From Octopus sinensis (taxonomy: Eukaryota), in contig NC_043021.1 in NCBI RefSeq assembly GCF_006345805.1, positions 27,032,001-27,096,000 of the forward strand: DNA of 64,000 nucleotides, given 5' to 3'. The first letter of the stretch is position 1, and each line of letters opens with the position of its first letter. The position numbers were made by a program, and so were the translations under genes. The notes beneath the pieces are model-generated. The model had not been told where the DNA came from. It made no database searches and saw nothing but the letters and a program-made list of their open reading frames with translations. Of the stretch, positions 14,982 through 28,300 are shown piece by piece.

Positions 14982-15675
14982 TGTTTGACTTTTGCTTTAT
15001 ATTTGTACAAGTTGGCTCCAAGTCTCACCCAGAGACCTCAAGAGACAACAAGTTGGAAGTTCGTGATGTTGTTATGCCTAGTGTGCCAAATTTTTGGTTT
15101 TGCATTTAGTGTTGTACTAGTGAATGTCTTAAAAAAACAAAACAAAAAACCCCCGAAAATTATGTTTGTTTTAAAACTTGAGATTACATAGAAAGTAATT
15201 TGCGTAGGATTTGAGCAGTTCCCATGAGCACTATCTTTTGAATTTCTGCCATTTTGGGGTTTCCTGGTATCTGAGTTAGGTAGCAATCAGCCCCTTTTGC
15301 TATCATTCCCAAGGCACCTATGACTACAGGTATTGTTTTAGTCTTCAGGTTCCACATTTTTCTGATTTCTATTTCAAGATCTTTATACATGCTCAGTTTT
15401 TGGTAGGTCTTGACAGATACGTTTATATCGATTAGGACAGTCATATCAATGAGGAGGCATGTTCTTTGTCTGAAGTCTTTCAATATGATGTCTGGCCTAT
15501 TTGCATCTATCTTTCTGTCAGTTTGAATGGTGAAGTTCCAGAGGAGTGAGATGTGTCATTTTCAAGCACTGGAGGTGGTTTGTGTTCCCACCAGTTTTTT
15601 TCATGGGGCAAATCCAGGTTTTTGCAGATTACCCAGTGAATATATTGTGCAGCTCTATCATGCCTGTTGAGATAC
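14981..15675 (-). mobile_element. R4/Dong-like LINE 3' fragment (REL domain plus 3' UTR)
   Basis: RPDIILKD..LIDMTV..KLSMYKDLEIEI; 3' UTR nearly identical to that of 15777; (TAA)n flanks. Confidence 0.88.
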
Positions 15676-15694
15676 TATATTATTATTGTTATTG

Positions 15695-15776
<82 letters not shown>

Positions 15777-15777
<1 letters not shown>

Positions 15778-17973
15778 TGTTTGACTTTTGCTTTATGTCT
15801 GTACAAGTTGGCTCCAAGTCTCACCCAGAGACCTCAAGAGACAACAGGTTGGAAGTTCACGCTGTTGTTATGTCTAGTGAGCCATAAATTTGTTTTTTTT
15901 TTGTGTTGTACTAGTGAATGTCTAATACATAAAAAAAAAGTTTGTTTTAAACCTTGGGATTACATAGAGAGTATTTTGCGTAGGACATGAGTAGTTCCCG
16001 TGAGCAATATCTTTTGAATTTCTGCCATTTTGGGGTAGCAATCAGTCCCTTTCGCTATCATTCCCAGGGCACCTATGACTACAGGTATTGTTTTAGTCTT
16101 CAGGTTCCACATTTTTCTGATTTCTATTTCAAGATCTTTATATTCGCTCAGTTTTTGGTAGGTCTTGACAGACACGTTTATATCGATTGGGACAGTCATA
16201 TCAATGAGGAGGCATGTTCTTTGTCTGAAGTCTTTCAATATGATGTCTGGCCTATTTGCATCTATCTTTCTGTCAGTTTGAATGGTGAAGTTCCAGAGGA
16301 GTGAGATGTGGTCATTTTGAAGCACTGGAGGTGGATTGTGTTTCCACCAGTTTTTTTCATGGGGCAAATCCAGGTTTTTGCAAATTACCCAGTGAATATA
16401 TTGTGCAGCTCTATCATGCCTGTTGAGGTACTCTGTAGGCGCTAGAAGACTGCATTTGGAGACAACATGATCAATGGTTTCATTTTGTTGTCGGCATACA
16501 CGACATGTTGGGCTACTGCCGTTCTTTAATATGTTGGTCTGTTGGTAGGCATTGCTCTTGAGCTGCTATGATAAACCCCTCTGTTTCAGATTTTAAGCCA
16601 GAGGCCATTAGCCATTGATGGGTCAGGGCTTTGTCAATATCTGCATTATTCGCTCTCTTTGGATATTTGCCATAGAGAGGTTTTTCTTGCCATTTATTAT
16701 TCAGAATATCTAAGGCCGCAGTTTTGGCACGGGTTTTCATGCGCCTAGCTTTTTCTGTGCTTGTTTCTTGTATGTCTATCTCTAATTCCGAAATTGGTTG
16801 TATTCGGAATTCACTTAGATATTCCTTTGCCTGTTTTGTTACTGAGTATGATGCTTTCTTGTTTTCATGTTTTGAGGCAAGTTTTAACATCCAGTCCTCA
16901 GACTTTTTCAGGTAGGTGTCTAGGCCAATTGTAGCAATCTTCATTGTTATTGCCAGTTGCAAAAGACCACGGCCTCCCTCTTTTCTTGGCAGATAAAGTC
17001 GTTCTGTATCTGCCTTAGGGTGGTGCATTCTATGCATTGTCAACAGTTTTCTTATTTTTCTGTCGAGCTGACATATTTCAGTAATTGACCAGTTAACAAT
17101 ATTGAAACTGTAAGTCACGACTGGTATAGCTAATGCATTGATTGCTTCGATCCTGTTTCTTGCATTCAGCTCTGTCTTGAGTATTGCTCTCACTCTTCGA
17201 TAGCATTCTCTCCTGATCCTTTCCTTCATCTCTGAATGCCTTATTCCGTTCCCTTCAATTACCCCTAGGTACTTGTAGCTCTCCGCTGGGTCTAGTTCTT
17301 TTATGACATTCTGCTGGTCAAGGTTAACGTTAGATGTTTCTGTCATTTTTCCTTTGATAAAGGTAGCTTTTGCACATTTATCGAGGCCGAATTGCATTCT
17401 GATGTCGTCACTGAATTGTTTGACCATCGCTAGTAAGCCCTTGAGTTGTTGGTCATTTTTTGCAAAGAGCTTTAAAATCATCCATGTAAATGAGATGATT
17501 TATATTTTTATCAAACATTTTATACCCGTACTGCGCGTCATTGAGCAGTTTTGAGAGAGGTATTAAGGCTAAACAAAAGAGGAGTGGTGACAGTGAGTCA
17601 CCCTGGAAAATGCCACACGAAGTTTTTACATCACCAGCATTTAGGGATTCATTGTCACTGTTCAGAGTTAGTGTGGTTCTCCATGATCTCATACTTACAG
17701 TCAAAAAGTTTCGCAGAGTAGGTGCTATTTTATACTTTTCCAGGCATTTCTTAATCCAGCTATGTGGTAGGCTATCAAAAGCCTTTTTATAGTCTATCCA
17801 GGCTATTGATAAGTTTTTGTGTCGTTTGTGACAATCCTCTAAGATCATCTTATTGATGAGTAGCTGATCTTTACAACCATAGGATCCACGTTTACATCCT
17901 ATCTGTTCATTAGGGAATATGTTGCTGTCTATTAAAAAACTATAGGTATATTCCGTCAGGACAGATGTTAGCG

Positions 17974-17975
<2 letters not shown>
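15777..17975 (-). mobile_element. 5'-truncated, frameshifted R4/Dong-like LINE
   Basis: WIDYKKAFDS, GIFQGDSLSPLLFC, YMDD, YKYLG, ETEGFIIAAQ, RHD, RPDII spread over ORFs 17453-17848, 16513-17481 and 15960-16367. Confidence 0.9.
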
Positions 17976-18040
<65 letters not shown>

Positions 18041-18122
18041 TAGTTTTATTTTTATAGCGTGCTTTCACTTCACTACCGAGCGCAGCTCTGTGTGCCTTGG
18101 GTATGTGCTGTGATTTGTTGTG

Positions 18123-18153
<31 letters not shown>

Positions 18154-18181
18154 GTTGCTGTTGTTGTTGTTGTTGTTGTTG

Positions 18182-18237
<56 letters not shown>

Positions 18238-18785
18238 GAGCGAGCGAGCAGAGCATGCCATCAAAGTGACACTGGGGTAAAATATACGAAGCCCAGTATA
18301 CCCATCATGACTACCCGTCTGATAAGGGTACACCAGGCACATGCATCACAACCATATGTGCGCGACATGGGGATCTCATAACAAGATAAATAGCGCATGA
18401 CCTTGCGGGTGGGGCCCAGTTAGAATTTTCTTCTGGTTGGGTAACCCATCCCACTCAAAAGGTCCCTGATTAAGGGTTGTTTAAGGATGTTGAACGAAAC
18501 ACCTATGTTTCCAGAGGTGAATTATTCAAACCCCAAAGAATCCCTCTCAACACATGGCTATGATGCTTCCCCACTACTTCTGCTTGTGATCAGTGATGCA
18601 CATATCGTCAGCCACTAAGGGACATGCTCAACTGGTTAAGGTCAAACAACTGACAAGAAAATCTGTCGTATTGAGAAGAATATTTGCGGTAGCCCATCAT
18701 TTATACCAAGACAAAACATTGATAACAATTCTCATCAGTTAAGATCAGAAGTCATGACAGCCACTGCCTGGTACTGCATCAGGGC

Positions 18786-18786
<1 letters not shown>
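18238..18786 (-). mobile_element. ~550-bp non-coding element in (TAA)n, copy 2
   Basis: Matches 2936-3490 end to end. Confidence 0.75.
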
Positions 18787-18868
<82 letters not shown>

Positions 18869-19011
18869 TTGTTTTGTCTTTCAGTCAATTAGTTTTAGAG
18901 TTTCTCACCAATACTATTTTGTCGTTTGTCATTTTCTATATCTGTGTGTTTTTACGTGCATTTGTATGTGTGTCCGTGTATACTCGTGAGAGTACGAATA
19001 CTTGTACAGAT

Positions 19012-19050
<39 letters not shown>

Positions 19051-19789
19051 CAATTCGGTATAGGTGGTGTGTCTTTGTGTGTACACTGGTGCCTCTGCAG
19101 CTCTTTTGTTTGTGATTTCTTTATGTCATTTCACCTCGAATCTTTAAGAAAACCTCGACAGAAGTCGGAAATTAGATTTCGAAAATACCGCACAACTAAT
19201 AAATTATTTACCTGCTATTGTGATCAGCTCGGTAAAAAATTTAGACACACGCACGCACGCATGCATACGTGCGCGCACACACATACACAAACACACACGC
19301 CCGCACGCGCACACACATACACATACACAAACACTATTACAAATAAACATACACACACACACAGAACTTCTATGCTTTATTGCAGAGGAGCAAAAATAGA
19401 TTCACGGTTAGAGGTTAAAGACAAAGGATGGGGTTGGTGTTGGGACAGGGTAACAAGATGGGGACGCACGGAGTAGAGGGTGAGGACGAGAGAAAATTAA
19501 AATGCAAGGTTGATATTGATAATGTTTGCATTTCGCGTGAGTAAAATGTAATTGCAAGTGAGTATAAAAGCATTTCAAGTGTGTATAAAGACAGCTGTCT
19601 CCTAACTCAGTGACAGACAGATTACTGAGTCAGTCTGTCTTTTTATTCGAAGCCGACAAAAACGTGCATAATTAATTCGTAGTAGAATATATTTAAATGA
19701 GAAAAACAGAATCATAATCGAATAAACGTAATCTCCGCTGGGAAACCGGCTTCATATGTTTCTGCCTCTTTGAGGTGTTAACAAGCTTG

Positions 19790-19914
19790 CTTTAGAACCA
19801 CATGGTTTCGGGTAGAGTCCCACTGTGTGGCACTGTGTGCAAGTGTCTCCAGTTATAGCCTTGGACCAACCAAAGCCTTGTGAGTGGATTTGGTTGACAG
19901 AAACTGAAAGAAAC

Positions 19915-20000
<86 letters not shown>

Positions 20001-21046
20001 GGTCGACCTTGAGTGACTTCAGCACAACCAAAGCATTCTATAGGGGATTAGTGGAGGGGAGGTACGACGACGATCTTGGGGCGAACCTGGGCGTCGACGA
20101 GGAATACCTGACCCGCCTGTTTCAAACGACTTTCGGCCCGGGACCTATGGACAACTTCCAGAGATCCCTGGCCTGGCAGTGCTACCGAGAAGCGCTACCC
20201 GTTCGGGATAAGCTCTATAGGCATGGCTCGAGAAACACGGGGCCGACCTGCCCGACATGCGGGCAGAGCGACGAAACTGCTCTGCACGCAATCGTGTAGT
20301 GTCCAGCAATTTCCGACCTGTGGGCTTATGTCGAACAACTGCTGTTACGTGTGGGACGAGTCGGTTTATCAGCCGAGTATATCGTTAATATCGTCACGCC
20401 TCCTTCCTTCAAACGGGAAGGAAGAGCTATTTTTATCATACTTGTGGCTATGGCGAAAGAATGTATCTGGTGGACGCGCCTGAAAGGATTAGAGACAAAC
20501 ACTTTCCTCTCTGGTCAATCTCTCATCAACTTCTTCAAGTATCGCTTGAAGAGGAAAGTGAGAGTAGAGAGGCAAGTTTTGTTTGGTGAATGTTTTAAAA
20601 AAGATGGGTCAATGTAGCGAGGATGGCACGTATGAATGACGAAGCCACCTTGACTATGATTCTATGAACCGTAAAAATTAATACAGAGAGTTGCTTATTT
20701 GCAAAAAAAAAAGAAATATAACATGTGACTTCATTGACCGAGGCTACCGTGGTCTTTTCCGTAGGCTTTTCCTTCCACGAGTAAACCTCACCTATCCTCC
20801 CCTTTACATTTCATATTGACATTTCTGTGATTACGATCCCTATTGATCAACTTTTTTTCCTCTCCCCTTTTTTCCCCTCTCCCCACTTTTTAAAAAAAAA
20901 TCCTCACCTTTTTTTGTCCTCCTTCTTTCCTTTTACGATCCCTTTTGATCGAAAACCAACCCCCTTTTTTTTTACCCCCAAAAGAAAAGCTCTACCTTGT
21001 AATTTGTTCTGTCTGTGTGCAGCCCTGTGTGGCTAATAAAGAAACA

Positions 21047-21117
<71 letters not shown>

Positions 21118-21118
21118 G

Positions 21119-21185
<67 letters not shown>

Positions 21186-21405
21186 TTATCTATCTCGCTC
21201 TCTCGCTCTCCCTGTATATGTATACATCTATGTGTGTATGTCTTTGTGTCTGTGTTTGCCTACCATCACTACTTGACAACCGGTGTTGGTGTGTTTACGT
21301 CCCCTTAACTTAGTGATTTAGGAAAAGAGACCAATTGAATAAGTACCCTGCTTTAAAAAATGGCGGTGCCCCAGTATATCCGCAGTGAAATGACTGAAGC
21401 ACGAA
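19790..21405 (+). mobile_element. SINE family A split by a Tx1 insertion (5' half 19790-19915, 3' half ~21230-21405)
   Basis: Head ends ...gaaactgaaagaa before (TATC)n; tail ttgacaaccgg...ggcggtgccccag...tgactgaa resumes after the Tx1 copy. Confidence 0.7.
20001..21046 (+). mobile_element. Tx1/L1-like LINE 3' fragment in (TATC)n
   Basis: LPVRDKLYRHG, CPTCGQSDETALHAIV*C zinc knuckle; near-identical to 46967-48006; ends aataaagaaaca then (TATC)n. Confidence 0.85.
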
Positions 21406-21420
21406 AAGAAATATATATAG

Positions 21421-21583
<163 letters not shown>

Positions 21584-21590
21584 ACCCTCG

Positions 21591-21972
21591 TGGAGGCGCA
21601 ATGGCCCATGTGGTTTGGGGTAGCGGACTTGCGGTCATAAGATCGCGGTTTCGATTCCTAGACCTGGCGTTGTGAGTGTTTCTTGAGCAAAAACACCTAA
21701 AGCTCCACGAGGCTCCGGCAGGGGATGGCGGTGATCCCTGCTGTACTCTTTCACCACAACTTTCTCTCACTCTTACTTCATGTTTCTGTTGTACCTGTAT
21801 TTCAAAGGGCCGGCCTTGTCACTCTCTGTCACGCTGAATATCCCCGAGAACTACGTTAAGGGTACGCGTGTCTATGGAGTGCTCAGCCACTTACACGTTA
21901 ATTTCACGAGCAGGCTGTTCCGTTGATTCGGATCAACCGGAACCCTCGTCGTCGTAACCGACGGAGTGCTTC
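21591..21972 (+). mobile_element. tRNA-headed SINE (family D)
   Basis: ggaggcgcaatggccc..tggtt..ggtttcgattcc A/B-box head; partial inverted copy at 44455-44625. Confidence 0.8.
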
Positions 21973-21984
21973 CTATATATCCAC

Positions 21985-23185
21985 CCACCAAATACACACA
22001 AATCCTTATGTCCATTAATACGCTGATATATACGGAATGACAGACTTTCTCAAACACATCCCAACTACTGTCCCGGAAGGTACTATACTTGTAAGTTTTG
22101 ACGTCACTAATCTCTATGCCAACATACTGCATTTCTTAGGCCGGGAAGCGGTCAAACACTGGGTAGAGAAACAGAAGATGTATAGATGAACGTTTCAAAA
22201 CAGACTTCATTACCAAGGTCAATCGTCTAGTATTAGAAGAAAACACATGCAGATTTGATAAGATATACCGACAGATAGAGGGTACGGCTATGGGTACAAA
22301 ATTTTCACCCTCATATATCAACCTAGGTTACCTAGAACGTAGACTTTACGAGGAAGTAGGAAAAACCTTTGATCACAACTTAAGGAAAACATAGTGAAGT
22401 GGAAGCGCTACCACGATGACTGCTTCGTTTTTGGGGATACACCAAAAGAAGACTTACCACCATTTCACAAGACCCTCAACACACTGCACCCATCTATCAA
22501 ATTCACAACAGAAACCAGCTACAACGAACTACCATTCCTAGACATTCACATCAAAATACACAACTCCACTGTCACAACAGACATATTTTACTAAAAGACA
22601 GATATACACCAATATTTAAATTTCTACTCTTGCCACCCCTCAAACATCAGAAGGAACATCTCAATGACGCATCTGCATCATTGTAATTGATCCACAAATA
22701 CCCTAAATTAGACTTGATGAACTCAAAAACTTCTTACAAGAACAAAATTACCCTGTGAAACTTATGAATAATGGAATCTCGAAAGCAATGAAATTAGACA
22801 TCACACAACCTAGGACTCCAAAAGAAAAAAAAACAAGGAACATACTATTCCATTTTAACACATACAACCCTTCAATAACCAATATTTCCACGTTATATAA
22901 TCAATCCTACCAATATTCTTAAAGAGAACGCCAGGAAAAAAACTTACAAGAGCAAAATTCTCATCAGGCAACGAAACAAAATTCTCCGTAAAGGAATGTG
23001 AAAACAGCAGTTGTGGAATATGCGACAACAACAATTACTACAAATATAAAGACGGGGACATCTACGAAAAATTTAGGAGTGGATTCTTATTCAAAGTAAA
23101 TGGAAATATGAACTGCAATATACAAAACCTCATATACTGCATTACTTGCCCCAAATGCCAGGAGAATTATATTGGCGAAACCCTT
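21985..23185 (+). mobile_element. Penelope-like element relic (RT plus start of GIY-YIG), Neptune/Nematis-like
   Basis: Manual translation: LVSFDVTNLYANI, QIEGTAMGTKFSPSY, WKRYHDDCF, LHPSIKFT, LPFLDI, HQYLNFYSCHP, NLIYCITCPKCQENYIGET; many stops and frameshifts. Confidence 0.85.
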
Positions 23186-23580
23186 TGCCAACAGAACTAC
23201 TGTGCTCAGTGTTTCTGCCTTAACAGGCGTTCTCAGCTCAGTTATTCTGCTTCTACTCCAACTCTTAGATAACTGCTAAGTTGACAATGTTTATGGAGGC
23301 AGAAGCAATTGCAAACAGTTAACTTTTTTGCTTCCAGATAACCTGACTACATTTCCATCTTGTGACCCAGTTCCAGAGAATTATTGATGCTTGCGATTAT
23401 CTCCCTTTCTTGTTTAAATTTGGTGGCAATTTACTGAAACGGAAGCATATTTCAATAAAACAAGAATTCATCCTAATTTAGTTATGTTTGTATTCACACG
23501 TCCGCATACACGTACACAGATATGCACGCATATATAAATACATGTATATGTATGTTTGTACACAAATGTGGTGTGTTTGT

Positions 23581-23613
<33 letters not shown>

Positions 23614-23722
23614 TATATATTATATATGTGTGTGTGTGTGTGTGTGTGTATAATATATATATATATATATATATGTATGTGTATAGATATATATATATAT
23701 ATTATATATATATATACATACA

Positions 23723-23753
<31 letters not shown>

Positions 23754-24001
23754 GCGTGTATATGCTATGTGTTTATGAATATATATATATATATATTCAT
23801 AAACACATAACATATACACGCATATATATGTATGTATGTATGTATCTATCTATCTATGTTTACACATTCATGCATGGCATACATATGCCAATTCTCATTG
23901 AAGCTAATGAAGATTTTCATATTACAGTTATCAATTCTATTGATCAAAATGATTTTTAGCTGTTGCATACAAAGTAGGTTAATTAGTATTTGACTATGTG
24001 C

Positions 24002-24034
<33 letters not shown>

Positions 24035-24042
<8 letters not shown>

Positions 24043-24752
24043 AAAGGGCTTAGTAAAATAAATTACTTTGCCGCATACTGAACTCATTAGAAATAGCAGC
24101 TAAAAAAACTTTTTTAAAGCTATTTCTAATACTTAACGAAAATCTCTCTCATATATAGTGTTTGCTTAATTCAACTCACAAAAGTTTGGGGGTAAGGACA
24201 TCGAAAAATCAAATGCTAAGGTTATTAATGCTTCGGATTTTACCGAAATAAGCATAGTGTTTGATGATTTTAACCCACGCTGGTGGAAAGGGGAGAACAG
24301 AGATTCTTCGCTTGCTTATTTTGAATTTGTTGGCACTGTTAGTTACGAGCAGATCTTCGAAAGGGTATGTTCTTATTTTCAGTGTTTCCAAATCCAAACC
24401 AAGGAATTTCTGAGCTGATGATAGAAGTGTTGTTTTTGACTAATCTTGAAACGTACGTTCTCAAATAACCTTAGCATTTGATTTTTCGATGTCCTTACCC
24501 CCAAACTTTTGTGAGTTGAATTAAGCAAACACTATATATGAGAGAGATTTTCGTTAAGTATTAGAAATAGCTTTAAAAAAGTTTTTTTAGCTGCTATTTC
24601 TAATGAGTTCAGTATGCGGCAAAGTAATTTATTTTACTAAGCCCTTTTATATAATGTAATAATTTGAATTCGCCTTGAATGGTCCCTTTGCATACTGAAC
24701 ACTTGGTGAAATTGATTAATAATTAATTAATTTTGCCCTCAATTGTTGAAAT

Positions 24753-24755
<3 letters not shown>
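24035..24755 (+). mobile_element. Penelope-like terminal element with ~190-bp inverted duplication, in (TA)n
   Basis: 24035-24226 is the reverse complement of 24464-24655; hammerhead in the spacer; (TA)n on both sides. Confidence 0.75.
24411..24463 (+). ncRNA. Type I hammerhead ribozyme candidate
   Basis: TGAG-CTGATGA-TAGA..TCTT-GAAA-CGTACG-TT-CTCA: stem I TGAG/CTCA, intact cores, palindromic stem III. Confidence 0.7.
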
Positions 24756-24795
<40 letters not shown>

Positions 24796-24821
24796 TTTTT
24801 TATGTAGTAAGTGTGTGTGTG

Positions 24822-24868
<47 letters not shown>

Positions 24869-24935
24869 GAGAGAGAGAGATACACACATATATACCTATG
24901 TCTATCTAACTATCTATTTATCTAAATATATATAA

Positions 24936-25031
<96 letters not shown>

Positions 25032-25670
25032 ATCTATATATATATATATTATATATTATATATATTAGAAGAATGAGATACTCAGAAAATCAGATGGTTT
25101 TATATTTACAGATATTTATTTGTATATTACATTTTTTATACATCATATAACTTAGATCATGTATTAGCGCTTTCCCCCATTCTAGTGGGGTTTTCATATC
25201 GAACTAAGTTCCTGTGTGAAAAGTTTTGACCATTTTATAGTGGTATTGAGTTTGTAGTGGTGGGGAGGAATATAAGACAGTACAAGAGGGATGAGGGGAA
25301 AGTGAGAGAGAGAGAGAGAGAGAGCATGTGTGTGTGTGTGTTTTTGTATTTGGAAGAGGTGCTAAAGAAAAAGAAGGAAAGGGAGAGGGAAGAAGAAGAA
25401 AATTTTTTTTGTTCTGCTGGACAGGGTGCTTACTCCAAGGGGGGGGGGTCTAAGCTCTCGAGGAAAAAGAATTTGAGTTTTGACCATTTCATAGTGTTAT
25501 TGAGTGTGTGGTGGCGGGGAGGTAGACCATAAATTATATTTCCTTTTTATCATTGTGAGAGAGTGTGTGTGTGTGTTTAATGAGGGAAGGTCAAATGGTT
25601 TTTGGGTTTAGAGAAGAATTCTTTTTATTATTGCTTTGTGGAGGTGTGTGCGTGTATATATATATATATG

Positions 25671-25726
<56 letters not shown>

Positions 25727-26515
25727 ACTACTACTACTACTTAGAAGCCATAGCATATTTTTAAATATTCATAACGTTTTCTGTTCATAATTGGATTTGA
25801 GGCGTATTGATTTTCTTTTTAACGTTCATTTTCCTTCTTGGTCTTCTTGATAATGCTGTTGCTGTTTTCGTTTGTTGTTGTTTCTCTTCTGGTCCTTGTT
25901 GTTGATATTGTTGTTGTTGTTCTTATGCTCATTGCGCTCTTTCTCATCTGCTTCATTAACCTCTCTCTTGGTTGTTCTTGTTGTTGTTGACGTTTTGCTA
26001 GTTACTTCTCACTGCCATCACAAAATCTCACGAATTCATCTCCTAACTCCCACTCCTGCTTCGCTTTTCATTTCCCTCCTTTAATTTTTCCTATTTCTAT
26101 GGCAGCAAACTTTACTATTGTACTCTCCAAACGTAGCAGTCCAATCTTCCACAAACCGGCATCATACACTTGCAACCTTGATTTAATACAAAATCCACGT
26201 ATTTCAGGAAAAGGGTTTTAAAAGCACCTCTCCTCAAACCTGTCTCTCTTTTCTTTCTACTAAAATAGAAAAATATCATTGTACCATATTTTAGATTCTT
26301 CAAAACCGCACCAAATGTCGGTCCTCATTATCAGCGAGTATCTCTCCAGATGAAATCAATACCTAAAGCTACATCTCAGTGACTGGCCCTTATCTTCAGG
26401 AATAGAAGATGCTTGGATTTCCAACGATTGTTGATACCTTACAAAGCTTAAGTGAGCACTAAAACGATAGAATAAATATGAAAAGTTGTTGGATAACTTT
26501 AGCTTGCAATATTAG

Positions 26516-26560
26516 ACCTCTGAAGATATGTTAACATAAACGGTACGCGTATCGTAAGGT
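26516..26560 (+). ncRNA. Degenerate hammerhead motif (Penelope-type)
   Basis: ACCT-CTGAAGA-TATG ttaa CATA-AA-CGGTAC gc GTATCG-TA-AGGT; the GAAA core is defective. Confidence 0.45.
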
Positions 26561-26819
26561 AAATATCACGAATAGAAATATCTTTATACATATGTACATA
26601 AAATTACGTGCGCAAACACACAGGCACAAGAAGTTTGTTTCTCAACCACATAGCCCTGGTTAAGCGTCACTGGGTGGCACTTTAGGCAAGTGTCTTCAGT
26701 TATAGCTCCGGACCAACTAATGCCTTCTGCGTGGATTTGGTACACGAAAACTGAAAGAAGCCCGTTGTATACAAACATACATACATATATATATATATAC
26801 ATATACATACATACATGCA

Positions 26820-26858
<39 letters not shown>

Positions 26859-27827
26859 TTAATGAGAGAGATGGAAGATGGAAGATACGAGAAATTATAT
26901 TAATCCCTATAATCGTTTCGAGCCATCTAGCAACGATCACTCACGGGTGGGATACTTAAGAACTGGTTTAGGAGCATTAGTAGATATATGTGTTCGGGCG
27001 ATAATTTGATATAACTCATTAAAATAGCGACTGTTCCGCTAGGTATCTTCTTGGTTCGCGTAAGGAAAAGCAGCAAATTAAAGGATATGGCTTCATTTAT
27101 ACAGAAGATCAGTAATAAAAAGGAACAGCTGCGAAAAATGAGCAAATGCACAATACAGCGAAAAAAGTATTAAATAAAACCGTTCACGGATGTGGATGTA
27201 GAAACTCCCTCGCGTAGGTTGTTTGGCGCAAATACACTCGCGCATACAAACATTCACAAAGATATAAGCATACGCATAGCTGTAGTTTGGCGTACACACG
27301 TTCACATAGTGAATTAAATAGCTACTTGTTTATAAAAACGGCTAAGTTAGAGCTAAATTTAATACATCCACATCTTAAGGTGAATTATGCTTATTAATTA
27401 CACAAATTCATTCCCACCACATTGTGCTAAAGTTCATTTATATGCATGTAAGCATATTGAGAGTGTTTCAGATATTCTATTAATGATCTTCTCATTGATC
27501 CATGGAATAGAGAGTGATTCCTCGGAGCAGAGTCGGAATCTCATGGAAAAAAACATTACATGGTTTTGTGCGCCTTACTATGGACCAAGTTATGTTATAC
27601 TTACTTTTATCTTACTCAAGATAAAATCGGCCAAAGATGTTGAATGTCTCTTGTTAATTTTCTCGAAGCTGGTGACACGGTTGGGATAGCGATACTTGAA
27701 TGAATCAGCCGTTGCCCCGATGAACGTGCTTTGCCGATAAGTTACCAGTTATATACCATGCGTTTTATTACCTAATACATACATACATACATACATACAT
27801 ACATACATACATACATACATACATACA

Positions 27828-27904
<77 letters not shown>

Positions 27905-27910
<6 letters not shown>

Positions 27911-28247
27911 ACAACTTCTAAGTAAGGGCTAAAGAAAATTATTTCAATGCCAATATGCTGATTACAGACTATTAAATCGTCAATTTCCACATATTATTTA
28001 CTCGCTACAGAAAAAACCGAAGAACGGAAATCGGGCAAGCCGGATTTCAGTTCTCCGGTTTTTGCTGTAGCGAGTAAATAATATGTGGAAATTGACGATT
28101 AATAGTCTGTAATCAGCATATTGGCATTGAAATAATTTTCTTTAGCCCTTACTTAGAAGTTGTTTATATTTTTAACCGTAAAAGTATTTTAATATGCTGC
28201 CACATTTTTTGATGGAATTTTTTTCTGTAGAAAAAAAAACTTCATCC

Positions 28248-28248
<1 letters not shown>
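27905..28248. repeat. ~265-bp near-perfect palindrome plus tail, related to the 24-kb element
   Basis: Arms pair around ggcAAgcc (28034-28041); shares the agggct..aaat..tgcc..at.ctga motif with 24045-24082. Confidence 0.85.

Positions 28249-28300
<52 letters not shown>

Noticed and set aside
26100-26230. Possible Penelope linker remnant (SSPIFHKP..TCNLDLIQNP..KG)
   Set aside because: The resemblance is short and degenerate and cannot be supported without a profile search.
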